Below, piece after piece: positions 53,158-64,000 of a DNA stretch of 64,000 nt (position 1 is the first letter of the stretch; each line of letters begins with the position of its first letter). This DNA is from Candidatus Omnitrophota bacterium (lineage in GTDB: Bacteria > Omnitrophota > Gorgyraeia > Zapsychrales > Zapsychraceae). The notes under the pieces were generated by a model. The model was given only the letters and a program-made list of their open reading frames with translations. It was not told where the DNA came from and did no database searches. The translations under genes and the position numbers were made by a program. The stretch is from the NCBI GenBank assembly GCA_015233405.1, contig JADFXT010000001.1, forward strand, positions 169,386-233,385, given 5' to 3'.

Positions 53158-53280
53158 AAGAGGGGTTTCCCCTCCCCCCTTAAAAATTGTGGGGAGGGCG
53201 TAGGGAGGGGGGCGATTTAAAAAGATATTTCATCGATTCACCCCCACCTGCACCTCCCCCATCGAAAAGGGGGAGGGAAA
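53158..53280. repeat. G-tract/C-tract palindromic element with a G-quadruplex-type run
   Basis: GAGGGGTTTCCCCTCCCCCC ... GGGGAGGGCGTAGGGAGGGGGG ... CCTCCCCCATCGAAAAGGGGGAGG. Confidence 0.65.
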
Positions 53281-53336
53281 ACTAATGGATTGCGATTTAA
53301 AGTTTTGACAGTATATAAAAAAAGAAAGGACTTGCT

Positions 53337-53771
53337 ATGCAATTAGACGTTCGAGAAATCCAAAAAATTCTTCCGCACCGTTTTCCATTTTTGATGATCG
53401 ATAAGGTCGTCGAGTGTGAGCCGAACCAAAAGCTTGTCGCGATCAAGAATGTTTCGGTCAATGAGCATTTCTTCGTCGGGCATTTTCCGGATGAGAAGGT
53501 CATGCCGGGCGTTTTGATCGTGGAGGCCATGGCGCAGGCTGGGTGCATTTATTTTTATTACAGCAAGAATATGCAAGGCAAGAACCTCATTTATTATCTC
53601 GCCAAAGTCACGGCCAAATTCATCGCACCCGTAGTCCCTGGTGACCAGCTAAAAATTGAGGTGACGACCATCAAAATGCTTCCCAAAGCAGGATTCCTCG
53701 AAACCAAGGCCTTTGTCGGCGATAAGCTCGTTGCCGAGGCGGAAATTGGGTTTGGAATTAAAGAGGTGTAA
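53337..53771 (+). CDS. fabZ: 3-hydroxyacyl-ACP dehydratase FabZ
   Basis: LPHRFPFLMIDKV and HFxxxPVMPGVLIVEAMAQ motifs. Confidence 0.9.
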   Translation: MQLDVREIQKILPHRFPFLMIDKVVECEPNQKLVAIKNVSVNEHFFVGHFPDEKVMPGVLIVEAMAQAGCIYFYYSKNMQGKNLIYYLAKVTAKFIAPVVPGDQLKIEVTTIKMLPKAGFLETKAFVGDKLVAEAEIGFGIKEV

Positions 53772-54005
53772 GGTCTTATTGCGTCGCTAAGAAAGATTTT
53801 TTTCCGTTTCCGCCCATTGACGAAATAAAGTGTTGATGGTAAACTACCTTCCTTAATTATTGTTAACTTCGATTTTTTTGGGGAGTAGCGGCAGCGACTC
53901 CGACCGAGCGAGAGCAAGGGAGGAGAAGTCCTGAGCGAGCAAAGCGAGTCGAAGGATTGGCGTTCGCGAAGCCCGAGTTCGAAACTAACATGATTTGATA
54001 TTTTC

Positions 54006-54080
54006 CGGGGAGTAGCGCAGTTGGCTTAGCGCGCAACGTTCGGGACGTTGAGGTCGCGGGTTCAACCCCCGCCTCCCCGA
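54006..54080 (+). tRNA. tRNA-Pro (anticodon CGG), CCA not encoded
   Basis: Cloverleaf read by eye: acceptor CGGGGAG/CTCCCCG, D arm GCGC...GCGC, anticodon arm CAACG-TTCGGGA-CGTTG, and T arm GCGGG-TTCAACC-CCCGC. Confidence 0.85.
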
Positions 54081-54113
54081 TAAATTTTAGTTCTTTAAAG
54101 AAGGAGCCCACAG

Positions 54114-54511
54114 ATGACAGACGGCAATTCTTCCCTTGACCCTAATCTTCCACGGGTTGAGCTGAATTTAAGCCAGGAACGCAATTGGGCGATGTTTTGT
54201 CATTTAAGCGCGTTGACCTGCTTTATCGGCATCCCCTTCGGGAACATTTTTGCCCCGCTTATTATTTGGTTCGTGAAACGAAGAGGCATGTCTCTCGTCG
54301 ACAGAGAAGGCCGGAAGGCCTTGAATTTTCAGATATCCATGACGATCTATGCGCTCATTGCCGCTATTCTTTGTTTCTTCCTGGTCGGATTTCTACTGAT
54401 CATCCCGCTGATCGTTGCGGACATCATCATTACGATCGTTGCCGCTGTTAAGACAAAAAAGGCCAAGGATTTCGAATATCCTTTTGCGATCAGATTCTTT
54501 AAGCCTCTACA

Positions 54512-54515
<4 letters not shown>
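54114..54515 (+). CDS. DUF4870-like membrane protein
   Basis: ERNWAMFCHLSAL...PLIIW pattern plus TM segments. The family name is from memory. Confidence 0.6.
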
Positions 54516-57306
<2,791 letters not shown>

Positions 57307-57486
57307 CCATGCCCGAGGAGGACTGAGGACGAAACCTGACTGCCGTCAGGCAGGTGTCCGAAGAAGTGGTTGAACAATGAAGAAAACACGACTGAGGACG
57401 AAAGGTCTGAAGAAGTGGTTGAACAGCAACAGAACCCATGCCCGAGGACGAAATGTCCGAGGAAATGGTTGAGCAACGGCGAAACC
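57307..57486 (+). repeat. start-codon-proximal leader repeat array D (1 long plus 2 short units, terminal GAGCAACGGCGAAACC|ATG)
   Basis: CCATGCCCGAGGAGGACTGAGGACGAAAC[CTGACTGCCGTCAGGCAGG]TGTCCGAAGAAGTGGTTGAAC..., followed by two shorter units. Confidence 0.9.
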
Positions 57487-58374
57487 ATGGAACATTTTAT
57501 CGAAGAGTTCATTAATTATCTAGGCGTCGAGCGAGGACTGTCGGATAATACGCTTTTAGCGTACCGTCGAGACCTGGAGAAATACGTCCAGCATCTTAAG
57601 AAGGCGGACGTCCTGGATATTGATCAGGTCAAGAAAGAACAGATCACGCAATTTATGTTCGCCGAGAAAGAATCAGGGCTGTCCGCGAATTCGATCTCTC
57701 GTTCTTTAGCTGCGATAAAAATGTTTCACCGTTTTTTGGTCCGCGAAAGGCTAGCTAAGGAAGACCCGACGAACTTAGTTGATACTCCGAAATTGTGGAA
57801 ACGGGTGCCAGAGGTCTTGTCCTCTTCTGAGATCGAGGCCATGATCCAGGCGTCCAAAGGACGGGGCGCCCAAGCCGTTCGGGACAATGCTGTTTTGGAA
57901 TTGCTTTACGCGACGGGAATGCGTGTTTCTGAACTTGTAAATTTAAAGCTTGAGAATGTCAATCTTGAGGTCGGATATGTGCGCTGCGTCGGAAAAGGAC
58001 GTAAAGAACGTCTGGTGCCAATGGGCCGTAGGGCTAAAGAGGCGGTGTCCAAATATTGCGAGTCTGTCCGGAAAAAACAGGCCAAAGACAATTTCATTCC
58101 GTTTTTATTTTTAAGCCGGTTGGGCAAAAAGATCAGCCGCCAAAGTATTTGGAAGATCGTGAAGCTTTACGCCCAGAAAGCCAAAGTCAAAAGGGAGATC
58201 AAACCGCACACTTTACGACATAGTTTTGCTACGCACTTATTGGAGCATGGTGCGGATTTGCGTTCTGTGCAAGAGATGCTCGGGCATTCGGATATTTCGA
58301 CGACACAAATTTATACACATGTTGATAAAGAACGCTTAAAAAGTATTCATCAGCAATTTCATCCGAGAGGCTAA
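57487..58374 (+). CDS. xerD: tyrosine recombinase XerD/XerC
   Basis: It is 295 aa from ATG 57487. It has FxxYLxVERGLSxNTLxAYRRDL at the N-terminus and a C-terminal R...HxLRH...Y catalytic set. Confidence 0.85.
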   Translation: MEHFIEEFINYLGVERGLSDNTLLAYRRDLEKYVQHLKKADVLDIDQVKKEQITQFMFAEKESGLSANSISRSLAAIKMFHRFLVRERLAKEDPTNLVDTPKLWKRVPEVLSSSEIEAMIQASKGRGAQAVRDNAVLELLYATGMRVSELVNLKLENVNLEVGYVRCVGKGRKERLVPMGRRAKEAVSKYCESVRKKQAKDNFIPFLFLSRLGKKISRQSIWKIVKLYAQKAKVKREIKPHTLRHSFATHLLEHGADLRSVQEMLGHSDISTTQIYTHVDKERLKSIHQQFHPRG

Positions 58375-58381
58375 TAAGGCT

Positions 58382-58483
58382 GTCATTCCCACAAAAGTGG
58401 GAATCCAGTAAATTTTTTTAAGATTTTGGTTCATTGTTTGCGTTTAACCCATTATTCTGGATCCCCGCTTTCGCGGGGATGAC
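58382..58483. repeat. GC-rich hairpin-pair element, copy 4
   Basis: GTCATTCCCACAAAAGTGGGAATCCAG ... CTGGATCCCCGCTTTCGCGGGGATGAC. Confidence 0.85.
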
Positions 58484-58504
58484 AAAGGTAGGGAAGGGGA
58501 TTTC

Positions 58505-59821
58505 ATGGAAGATCATCTGTCAAAATTGGACAAAAGGCTTTTATCCGCGGCCCGTCGAGCCGGGGCGTTAGCGGATAAGCGCGGCGTTCGTCTTTATCTA
58601 GTCGGTGGCATTGTTCGGGATATTCTTTTAAAGAAGCAAAGCCTTGATTTGGATATGGTTGCTGAGCCCATAATTTTTCCTTCGTCTAAAGGGCGAAACC
58701 CTGGGCCTGTCCCGTCCATAGGCGGGACTGGCACATGGGTCGAGGCGGATGCCATGAAATTTGCTAAAGAGTTGTCCACTATTTTGAAGGCGCGGCTGGT
58801 CGTTTATCCGCAGTTTAAAACGGCTAGTTTGTCTTTATCCAATGGTGTTCGTGTGGATTGTGCCACCGCACGAAAGGAGACCTATCCTGTTTCTGGCGCT
58901 TTGCCGGTGGTTGAGCCGGGTTCTTTAAAAGAAGACCTTTTCCGTCGGGATTTTACCATCAATGCTTTGGCGGTATCTTTAAATAAGAACTCTTTCGGGC
59001 AATTGATTGACGAGTATGGTGGGTTTAGAGACCTAAAGTCGCGGACAATCCGTATTCTTCACGACAAAAGTTTCCTTGATGATCCGACGAGAATTTTACG
59101 CGCGGTACGTTTTGAGCAGCGGTTTGCGTTTTCTATTGAACCGAAGACAATAGGCTTATTAGAACGCGCCTTAAAGCAAGAATGTTTTTGTTCTGTGACG
59201 GCTCCGCGGCTTTTTGCAGAGTTTAAGAAAATATTAAAAGAAAAAGATCCGGTGAAATGTTTTACAAGGCTCAATCAACTTAATGCCATGGAGTTCTTGG
59301 CGGGCGCTAAACAGATAAATCTAGAGGTTTTTCGGCGCCTTAATCGTCGGGACTTCTCGCAGGATTCATCCGCCTGGCTTATTTATTGTATGGCTTTAAT
59401 GGAAAGTATTTCTCCGCCCAAAAAAGAGCAGGTCTTAAATAAATTTCCGTTTACGCGGGAAGAAAAACAAAGCCTTTCCCAAGCCGGCAGGCTTAAGACG
59501 GTCTGGGCGGCGCTTCAAAAAAAAGATTTAACGAAATCCGGGGTTTATGCTATTCTGAAGCCTTTCTCTTTGGATGTTGTGTTATACTTTTTAGCAAGAG
59601 CGCAAGAGCCGATGGTTAGGGCGCGCATTAAAAGATTTTTAGAAAAAGATTCCAAGGTCGCCGTTTGTTTGACGGGCCATGATCTCAAGAATTTAGGGGT
59701 TGTCGTCGGGAAAGATATCGGTCTGGTCTTAAATGAGCTTCTTTATCGGAAAATAGACAAGGGTTATAAAACAAAAGCCCAGGAACGGCAATGGGTCAAA
59801 AAATATCTTAAGGCTCTTTGA
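58505..59821 (+). CDS. cca: CCA-adding enzyme / poly(A) polymerase-family tRNA nucleotidyltransferase
   Basis: LVGGxVRDxLL...DLDxV head-domain motifs and RDFTINA. It carries an about 25-aa insert after DLDMV. Confidence 0.8.
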   Translation: MEDHLSKLDKRLLSAARRAGALADKRGVRLYLVGGIVRDILLKKQSLDLDMVAEPIIFPSSKGRNPGPVPSIGGTGTWVEADAMKFAKELSTILKARLVVYPQFKTASLSLSNGVRVDCATARKETYPVSGALPVVEPGSLKEDLFRRDFTINALAVSLNKNSFGQLIDEYGGFRDLKSRTIRILHDKSFLDDPTRILRAVRFEQRFAFSIEPKTIGLLERALKQECFCSVTAPRLFAEFKKILKEKDPVKCFTRLNQLNAMEFLAGAKQINLEVFRRLNRRDFSQDSSAWLIYCMALMESISPPKKEQVLNKFPFTREEKQSLSQAGRLKTVWAALQKKDLTKSGVYAILKPFSLDVVLYFLARAQEPMVRARIKRFLEKDSKVAVCLTGHDLKNLGVVVGKDIGLVLNELLYRKIDKGYKTKAQERQWVKKYLKAL

Positions 59822-59832
59822 AGGAGGACAGC

Positions 59833-60195
59833 ATGGGACGTATTGATCGAGTCAATGAGCAGGTGAAGCGGGAAATCAGCCTTATCTTACAGCGGGAGCT
59901 TCAGGACCCGCGGCTGGAATTTGTGACGATCACCTCCGCCGATGTCAGCGCGGACCTGCGGAATGCAAAAATTTATTATAGCGCGATCTTCAATATGCGT
60001 TCTTTAGAGGACATCCAGAATGGATTTAATTCCGCAAGAGGGATGATCCGTAAACTTTTAGGGCAGAGAATGCAAATGCGTTATACGCCGGAATTGATCT
60101 TCGAGTTTGACAGTTCCATTGAACACAGTGCCAGAATCGACGAGGTCTTAAAGGAGATCCATGAAGAACATCCTGAAAATTATCCAGACGCTTAA
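59833..60195 (+). CDS. rbfA: ribosome-binding factor A
   Basis: RxxRVxEQxKREIS...DPR..FVTIT pattern. AAGGAGG RBS at 59821-59827. Confidence 0.9.
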   Translation: MGRIDRVNEQVKREISLILQRELQDPRLEFVTITSADVSADLRNAKIYYSAIFNMRSLEDIQNGFNSARGMIRKLLGQRMQMRYTPELIFEFDSSIEHSARIDEVLKEIHEEHPENYPDA

Positions 60196-61126
60196 AAAGA
60201 ACAAAACTTTTTTGGTGACCACGCACGTCAATCCGGATGCCGACGGGTTGTGTTCTCAGCTCGCCGTGGCCCATTACATCCGTTCGCTGGGTGGAAAAAA
60301 AGTGTATCTCATCAACGAGGAGTCAGCTCCGAAACGTTTTGATTTCATTAAGGGGATCACCCAGATCAAGTCGGTCACCGAGGTCAAGAACCTCCATTAT
60401 GACGTCGCGCTTGTCCTTGATTGCGGAGAATTGTCCCGCATCGGCAAAGTGAAGTCCGTGTTTGATAAGAATAAGCCGGTCATCAATATCGACCATCACA
60501 TTACCAACAACCGCTTCGGCCAAATCAATTGGGTAGACGACCAAGCATCCTCGACCACGGAAATGATTTTTTTGTTATTGGAAGAAGCCCGAAGCGTTAT
60601 CACCAAAGATATCGCCCTTTATCTGTATGCAGGGATGATGACCGACACGGGGTCTTTCCGGTTTGAGAATACGACCAGCCGTACGCATGAGATCATCGCC
60701 AGGCTGATGTATTTTGATATTCCTGTCGTCGAGCTTTATAAAAAGTTTTATGAAGACATCCCGTCGCAGGATCTAAAAATGTTGACGAAGATCCTCAATA
60801 AGTTCGACCTTTTGTTTGACGGGCAGGTCGTGTGTATGGTTTTAGGCAAAGCTATTCTCTCGAAAGTATCCGCCGATTTTGATTTGCGCGAAGCCATCTT
60901 TAAATTTTTGCGCAATATGAAGGGGGCAAAAATTTTTGTTATCTTCACGGAAGTTTCTTCGCAGAAGACCAGAGTTAATTTTCGTTCTGTTGCCACGGTC
61001 GATGTCTCGGCCTTAGCTGGGCATTTCGGCGGCGGCGGGCATAAGCAAGCCAGCGGCTGCACCATCAATAAACCCATTCGCCAGGCCAAGGCGTTGGTCT
61101 TAAATTATCTGAAGAAGGCCTTGTGA
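60161..61126 (+). CDS. DHH/DHHA1 phosphoesterase (NrnA-like)
   Basis: HxNPDADGL, DHH (NIDHHITN) and GGGGH motifs. Confidence 0.8.
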   Translation: MKNILKIIQTLKKNKTFLVTTHVNPDADGLCSQLAVAHYIRSLGGKKVYLINEESAPKRFDFIKGITQIKSVTEVKNLHYDVALVLDCGELSRIGKVKSVFDKNKPVINIDHHITNNRFGQINWVDDQASSTTEMIFLLLEEARSVITKDIALYLYAGMMTDTGSFRFENTTSRTHEIIARLMYFDIPVVELYKKFYEDIPSQDLKMLTKILNKFDLLFDGQVVCMVLGKAILSKVSADFDLREAIFKFLRNMKGAKIFVIFTEVSSQKTRVNFRSVATVDVSALAGHFGGGGHKQASGCTINKPIRQAKALVLNYLKKAL

Positions 61127-61788
61127 TGGACGGCATCATCGTCATCAATAAGCCGCAAGGATTCACCTCTCACGACGTGGTTGCAAAGGTCCGTAAGAAA
61201 TTAAATTTCAAGAAAATCGGGCATGCCGGGACCTTAGACCCTCTTGCGACTGGGGTTCTTGTGCTTCTCCTCGGGAAATCCACAAAACTTTTTGATGCCT
61301 TCGTTGGTTATGATAAGGCGTATAAGGCAACATTGATCTTAGGCACGACGACGGATTCCGCAGACACGCAAGGGCATATTCTTAAAACGTTGCCCTATGA
61401 GTCCATCACCGTCGACCAGATCAATGCAGCTTTCAAGAAATTTCAAGGCGCGCTTCAGCAATTGCCTCCGATGGTCTCGGCTGTCAAACATAAGGGCAAA
61501 AAGCTTTATGAACTTGCACGCAAAGGCCTAAAGGTCGAGCGACAGCCACGGGACATCATCATCCATCGGCTTTCTATCGACGAGATTCAGATCCCCAAGG
61601 TCAAATTTTCTTTGGATTGTTCGAAGGGGACATATGTTCGTCAACTCGCGGAGGATATTGGAGAGGCCTTAGGATGCGGAGCGTGCATCTGCCAAATTGA
61701 GCGAACGAAAGTCGGGCCGTTTAGTCTCGAACAGGCCGTTACCCTCGAGGAGTTTAATGAAAGTCATATTCGGCATTGGCAAGGTTAA
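61123..61788 (+). CDS. truB: tRNA pseudouridine(55) synthase
   Basis: GHAGTLDPLATG catalytic motif. Confidence 0.9.
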   Translation: MMDGIIVINKPQGFTSHDVVAKVRKKLNFKKIGHAGTLDPLATGVLVLLLGKSTKLFDAFVGYDKAYKATLILGTTTDSADTQGHILKTLPYESITVDQINAAFKKFQGALQQLPPMVSAVKHKGKKLYELARKGLKVERQPRDIIIHRLSIDEIQIPKVKFSLDCSKGTYVRQLAEDIGEALGCGACICQIERTKVGPFSLEQAVTLEEFNESHIRHWQG

Positions 61789-62692
61789 GACCCATTTCCC
61801 CAAAGCTGTCTTAGCTATTGGTGTTTTTGACGGCGTCCATCTTGGGCACCAGGCCTTGATCAAAAAAGTTGTTCAAAAGGCCAAAGAGATCCAGGGCGAA
61901 GCAATCGTCTTGACGTTTTATCCTCATCCGGTTTCTGTTCTTCATCCCGAAGCAAATTTAAAATTGCTAACTCCCATTCAGTATCGGTTAAAACTCCTTG
62001 AGGCCTTAGGCGTCAATACGTGCATTGTGGTCCATTTTACCAAAAGGTTTGCCGCCTTAAGCCCGGAACGTTTTATCAAGCGTTACCTGCTTAAACATAT
62101 GAACCTGTCCGATATTTTTGTCGGCGGGGATTTTCGTTTCGGCCATGACCGCGAAGGGACTCTGGATTATTTTAAGAAAGAAGGGGATATTTTTCATTTT
62201 CACGTCCACGGGATCGGCGTTATTCCGGTGGATCGAAACCATCATAGTAAGATCAGCAGCTCGACGATCCGTCAACATATTCTCTCCGGGCAGATTGAGA
62301 AAGCCTCCAAACTTTTAGGACGAAATGTTTCGCTGGTCGGCCGTGTTCAAAAAGGCGACGGGTTAGGCAAGAAGCTTGGATTCCCGACGGTAAATTTATA
62401 TCCTAAGGAAGAGATCTGTCCTCCATTCGGGGTTTATGCCGCGTCCGTCGAAATAGCAGGGAAGATTCACGACGGGATGGTGTATATCGGCCGACGTCCG
62501 TCGATAAGAAAAGTCCAGCACCGCGTTGTCGTCGAAGCGAACATCTTTGATTTTAACCAAACTATTTACGGTCAAGAGATCGTTATCCATTTTATGAAAA
62601 AGATCCGTGGAGAGAAAAAGTTCACCTCGCCAGAGGCGCTGATCCAGCAGATCCGCAAAGATAAATCGCAGATTAGGAGCTTTTTGCGTTAG
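61757..62692 (+). CDS. ribF: bifunctional riboflavin kinase / FMN adenylyltransferase
   Basis: AIGVFDGVHLGHQ, then a C-terminal kinase region (GFPTVN...E..IFDF). Start taken at MKVIFGIG. Confidence 0.9.
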   Translation: MKVIFGIGKVKTHFPKAVLAIGVFDGVHLGHQALIKKVVQKAKEIQGEAIVLTFYPHPVSVLHPEANLKLLTPIQYRLKLLEALGVNTCIVVHFTKRFAALSPERFIKRYLLKHMNLSDIFVGGDFRFGHDREGTLDYFKKEGDIFHFHVHGIGVIPVDRNHHSKISSSTIRQHILSGQIEKASKLLGRNVSLVGRVQKGDGLGKKLGFPTVNLYPKEEICPPFGVYAASVEIAGKIHDGMVYIGRRPSIRKVQHRVVVEANIFDFNQTIYGQEIVIHFMKKIRGEKKFTSPEALIQQIRKDKSQIRSFLR

Positions 62693-62718
62693 TCCGTTTT
62701 TAAATGCGTCATTTCATA

Positions 62719-62752
62719 AGGCCGTCCTTTTTTAAAAGGGACGGCTTTTTCA
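62719..62752 (+). terminator. intrinsic terminator
   Basis: GCCGTCC...GGGACGGC hairpin followed by T5. Confidence 0.55.
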
Positions 62753-62816
62753 TTTCCCGCCGGTATTTCTCCAAGTGGAGTATCCTGCATACTTATTTAA
62801 TAATAAAAGGAAAATA

Positions 62817-62845
62817 TTGACATTCCCACAGGTTGTTTATATACT
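62817..62845 (+). promoter_or_regulatory. sigma70-like promoter of the mraZ (dcw) operon (TTGACA, 17 nt spacer, TATACT)
   Basis: ttgaca at 62817-62822 and tatact at 62840-62845. Confidence 0.5.
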
Positions 62846-62855
62846 GTGAACAAAG

Positions 62856-62880
62856 GTGGGGCAAAGTGGAGTAAAGTGGA
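62856..62880 (+). promoter_or_regulatory. three direct GTGGR repeats with 5-nt spacers (candidate MraZ operator)
   Basis: GTGGGgcaaaGTGGAgtaaaGTGGA, immediately downstream of the -10 element. Confidence 0.5.
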
Positions 62881-62950
62881 TTTCCACTCTTTTTGGCCTC
62901 ACACTCTTTTATTTTTAAATATTTCTATTAGTTTCTTACTTATCAAAAAT

Positions 62951-63388
62951 ATGTTTTACGGAGAATATCAACATAATATCGACAATAAGGGCCGATTGAT
63001 CTTGCCTTCTCGGGTGCGCGAGGTCTGTAAAGAAGCCGGCATTGAACGGTTCTTTCTGACGCAGGGTTTGGATAAATGTATCTTTATGTTTTCCGAGAGC
63101 GAGTGGAAGGCCCATGAGCAAAAGTTCAAATCCATGCCGTTTACAAAACAGCAGAATCGAAGTTTTAATCGTATGTTTTTTTCACGGGCGGTCGATATTG
63201 TTCCGGACAAACAGGGACGTTTTATTATCCCACAATTCTTGAAAGATTATGCCGTGATAGAACGGGAAGTGATCATTATCGGCGTTTCCAATCGAATGGA
63301 AATTTGGGACCGGAAAAAATGGCAGGAATTTTATAGTAATTCTAGCGGTTCGTTTGAAGAAATCGCTGAAAATATTTTGAATATTTAA
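62951..63388 (+). CDS. mraZ: transcriptional regulator MraZ
   Basis: MFYGEYQHNIDNKGRLILP start and a second DxxGRFxIP repeat. It is 145 aa. Confidence 0.9.
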   Translation: MFYGEYQHNIDNKGRLILPSRVREVCKEAGIERFFLTQGLDKCIFMFSESEWKAHEQKFKSMPFTKQQNRSFNRMFFSRAVDIVPDKQGRFIIPQFLKDYAVIEREVIIIGVSNRMEIWDRKKWQEFYSNSSGSFEEIAENILNI

Positions 63389-63440
63389 ATTTGGTTTTTA
63401 GTTTCTAAACCTTCTCATTTCCAGGAAAAAACAAAATCGT

Positions 63441-64000
63441 ATGTTTGCGCAGACTCTCTTAGAAGAGCTAGAGGCGGACTGTGATATGAAAGAGACCGAA
63501 TCCATCCATATCCCTGTCATGAGTCAGGCTGTCCTCGAATATTTGAACCCCAAGGACAGAGATATCGTCGTTGACGGTACGTTAGGCTTAGGCGGCCATG
63601 CGAAAGAATTCTTAAAGCGTATCGGCCCGGCCGGACGGTTGATTGGCCTGGACCGGGACAGCACATCGTTAGCGTTGGCGAAGCAGAATCTCGACGAGTT
63701 TCTACATCAATGCCATTTCGTCCATGAGAACTTTAAAAATATTGACCGGGTCTTGAAAGACCTGAACATCAAAGAAGTCGATTGTATTTTATTCGATCTA
63801 GGGATCTCGAGCTTTCAGCTGGATAATCCGCAAAGAGGCTTTAGCCTACAGCAGGACGGCCCGCTCGATATGCGCATGAGCCAGGAAAATCAGATCTCGG
63901 CTTTTGATCTGGTCAATTCCTTGTCGGAAAAAGAGATCGATGCGATCATTCATGATTTTGGAGAGGACCGTTGGCACTATCGCATCGCCCATCAGATCGT
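63441..64000 (+). CDS. rsmH: 16S rRNA (cytosine1402-N4)-methyltransferase RsmH, 3' truncated by window edge (ATG 63486 is an alternative start)
   Basis: My own translation gives ...HIPVM...DGTLGLGGHA...GLDRD...DLGISSFQLD.... Confidence 0.85.
   Translation, partial: MFAQTLLEELEADCDMKETESIHIPVMSQAVLEYLNPKDRDIVVDGTLGLGGHAKEFLKRIGPAGRLIGLDRDSTSLALAKQNLDEFLHQCHFVHENFKNIDRVLKDLNIKEVDCILFDLGISSFQLDNPQRGFSLQQDGPLDMRMSQENQISAFDLVNSLSEKEIDAIIHDFGEDRWHYRIAHQI

Noticed and set aside
57320-57360. Hammerhead-ribozyme-like string CUGAGGACGAAAC...GUC in the long leader-repeat units (also at 8641-8676).
   Set aside because: There is no room for stem II between CUGA(N)GA and GAAA. With the stem III register forced by the 10-bp hairpin, the nucleotide at the cleavage position 17 is G, which is not permitted. 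Other copies change the core (GCACGUAAC).

Overview
This is a 64-kb bacterial chromosomal window. My unverified guess from the repeat content and the giant ORF is an uncultivated lineage such as Omnitrophota. Nearly all genes lie on the + strand and most are housekeeping: dnaE tail, HU/IHF, hisS, aspS, phoH-pgpH-ybeY, recO, dtd, tatD, nfnAB-like, panB, an OmpR/HAMP two-component pair, a GldA/F/G-like ABC system, rpsO-pnp, ftsK, rodZ-like, rimO, pgsA-pgpA, yefM-yoeB, thpR, cinA/pncC, ribBA-ribH, nusB, PHP, ribD-ribE, a FabF-like/fabG/fabZ trio, tRNA-Pro(CGG), acyP, ligA, xerD, cca, rbfA-nrnA-truB-ribF and mraZ-rsmH.

The one clearly accessory locus is 24.8-35.5 kb. It holds a GEMM-I (c-di-GMP-I) riboswitch-like leader with an intrinsic terminator, followed by an 8.4-kb ORF of about 2,798 aa. 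That ORF has six modules joined by a recurring D-x-A-M junction (ATGA at nucleotide level). Two modules open with signal or lipoprotein-like segments, one has a caspase-like His/Cys dyad, and one resembles a GT9 glycosyltransferase. A Flp-type pilin-like gene and unknown small genes follow.

The second notable theme is repeats. One family is a structured tandem leader repeat that abuts the ATG of four unrelated housekeeping genes (dtd, nusB, FabF-like, xerD). The others are a GC-rich hairpin-pair MITE-like family (5 copies), an AT-rich long-palindrome family (4 copies), and in-frame palindromic inserts in two CDSs. These repeats create spurious ORFs and false N-terminal extensions in the ORF track, and I corrected several starts accordingly.

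The FabF-like protein has all three catalytic residues replaced. All protein calls rest on motif recognition from memory; no searches were run.
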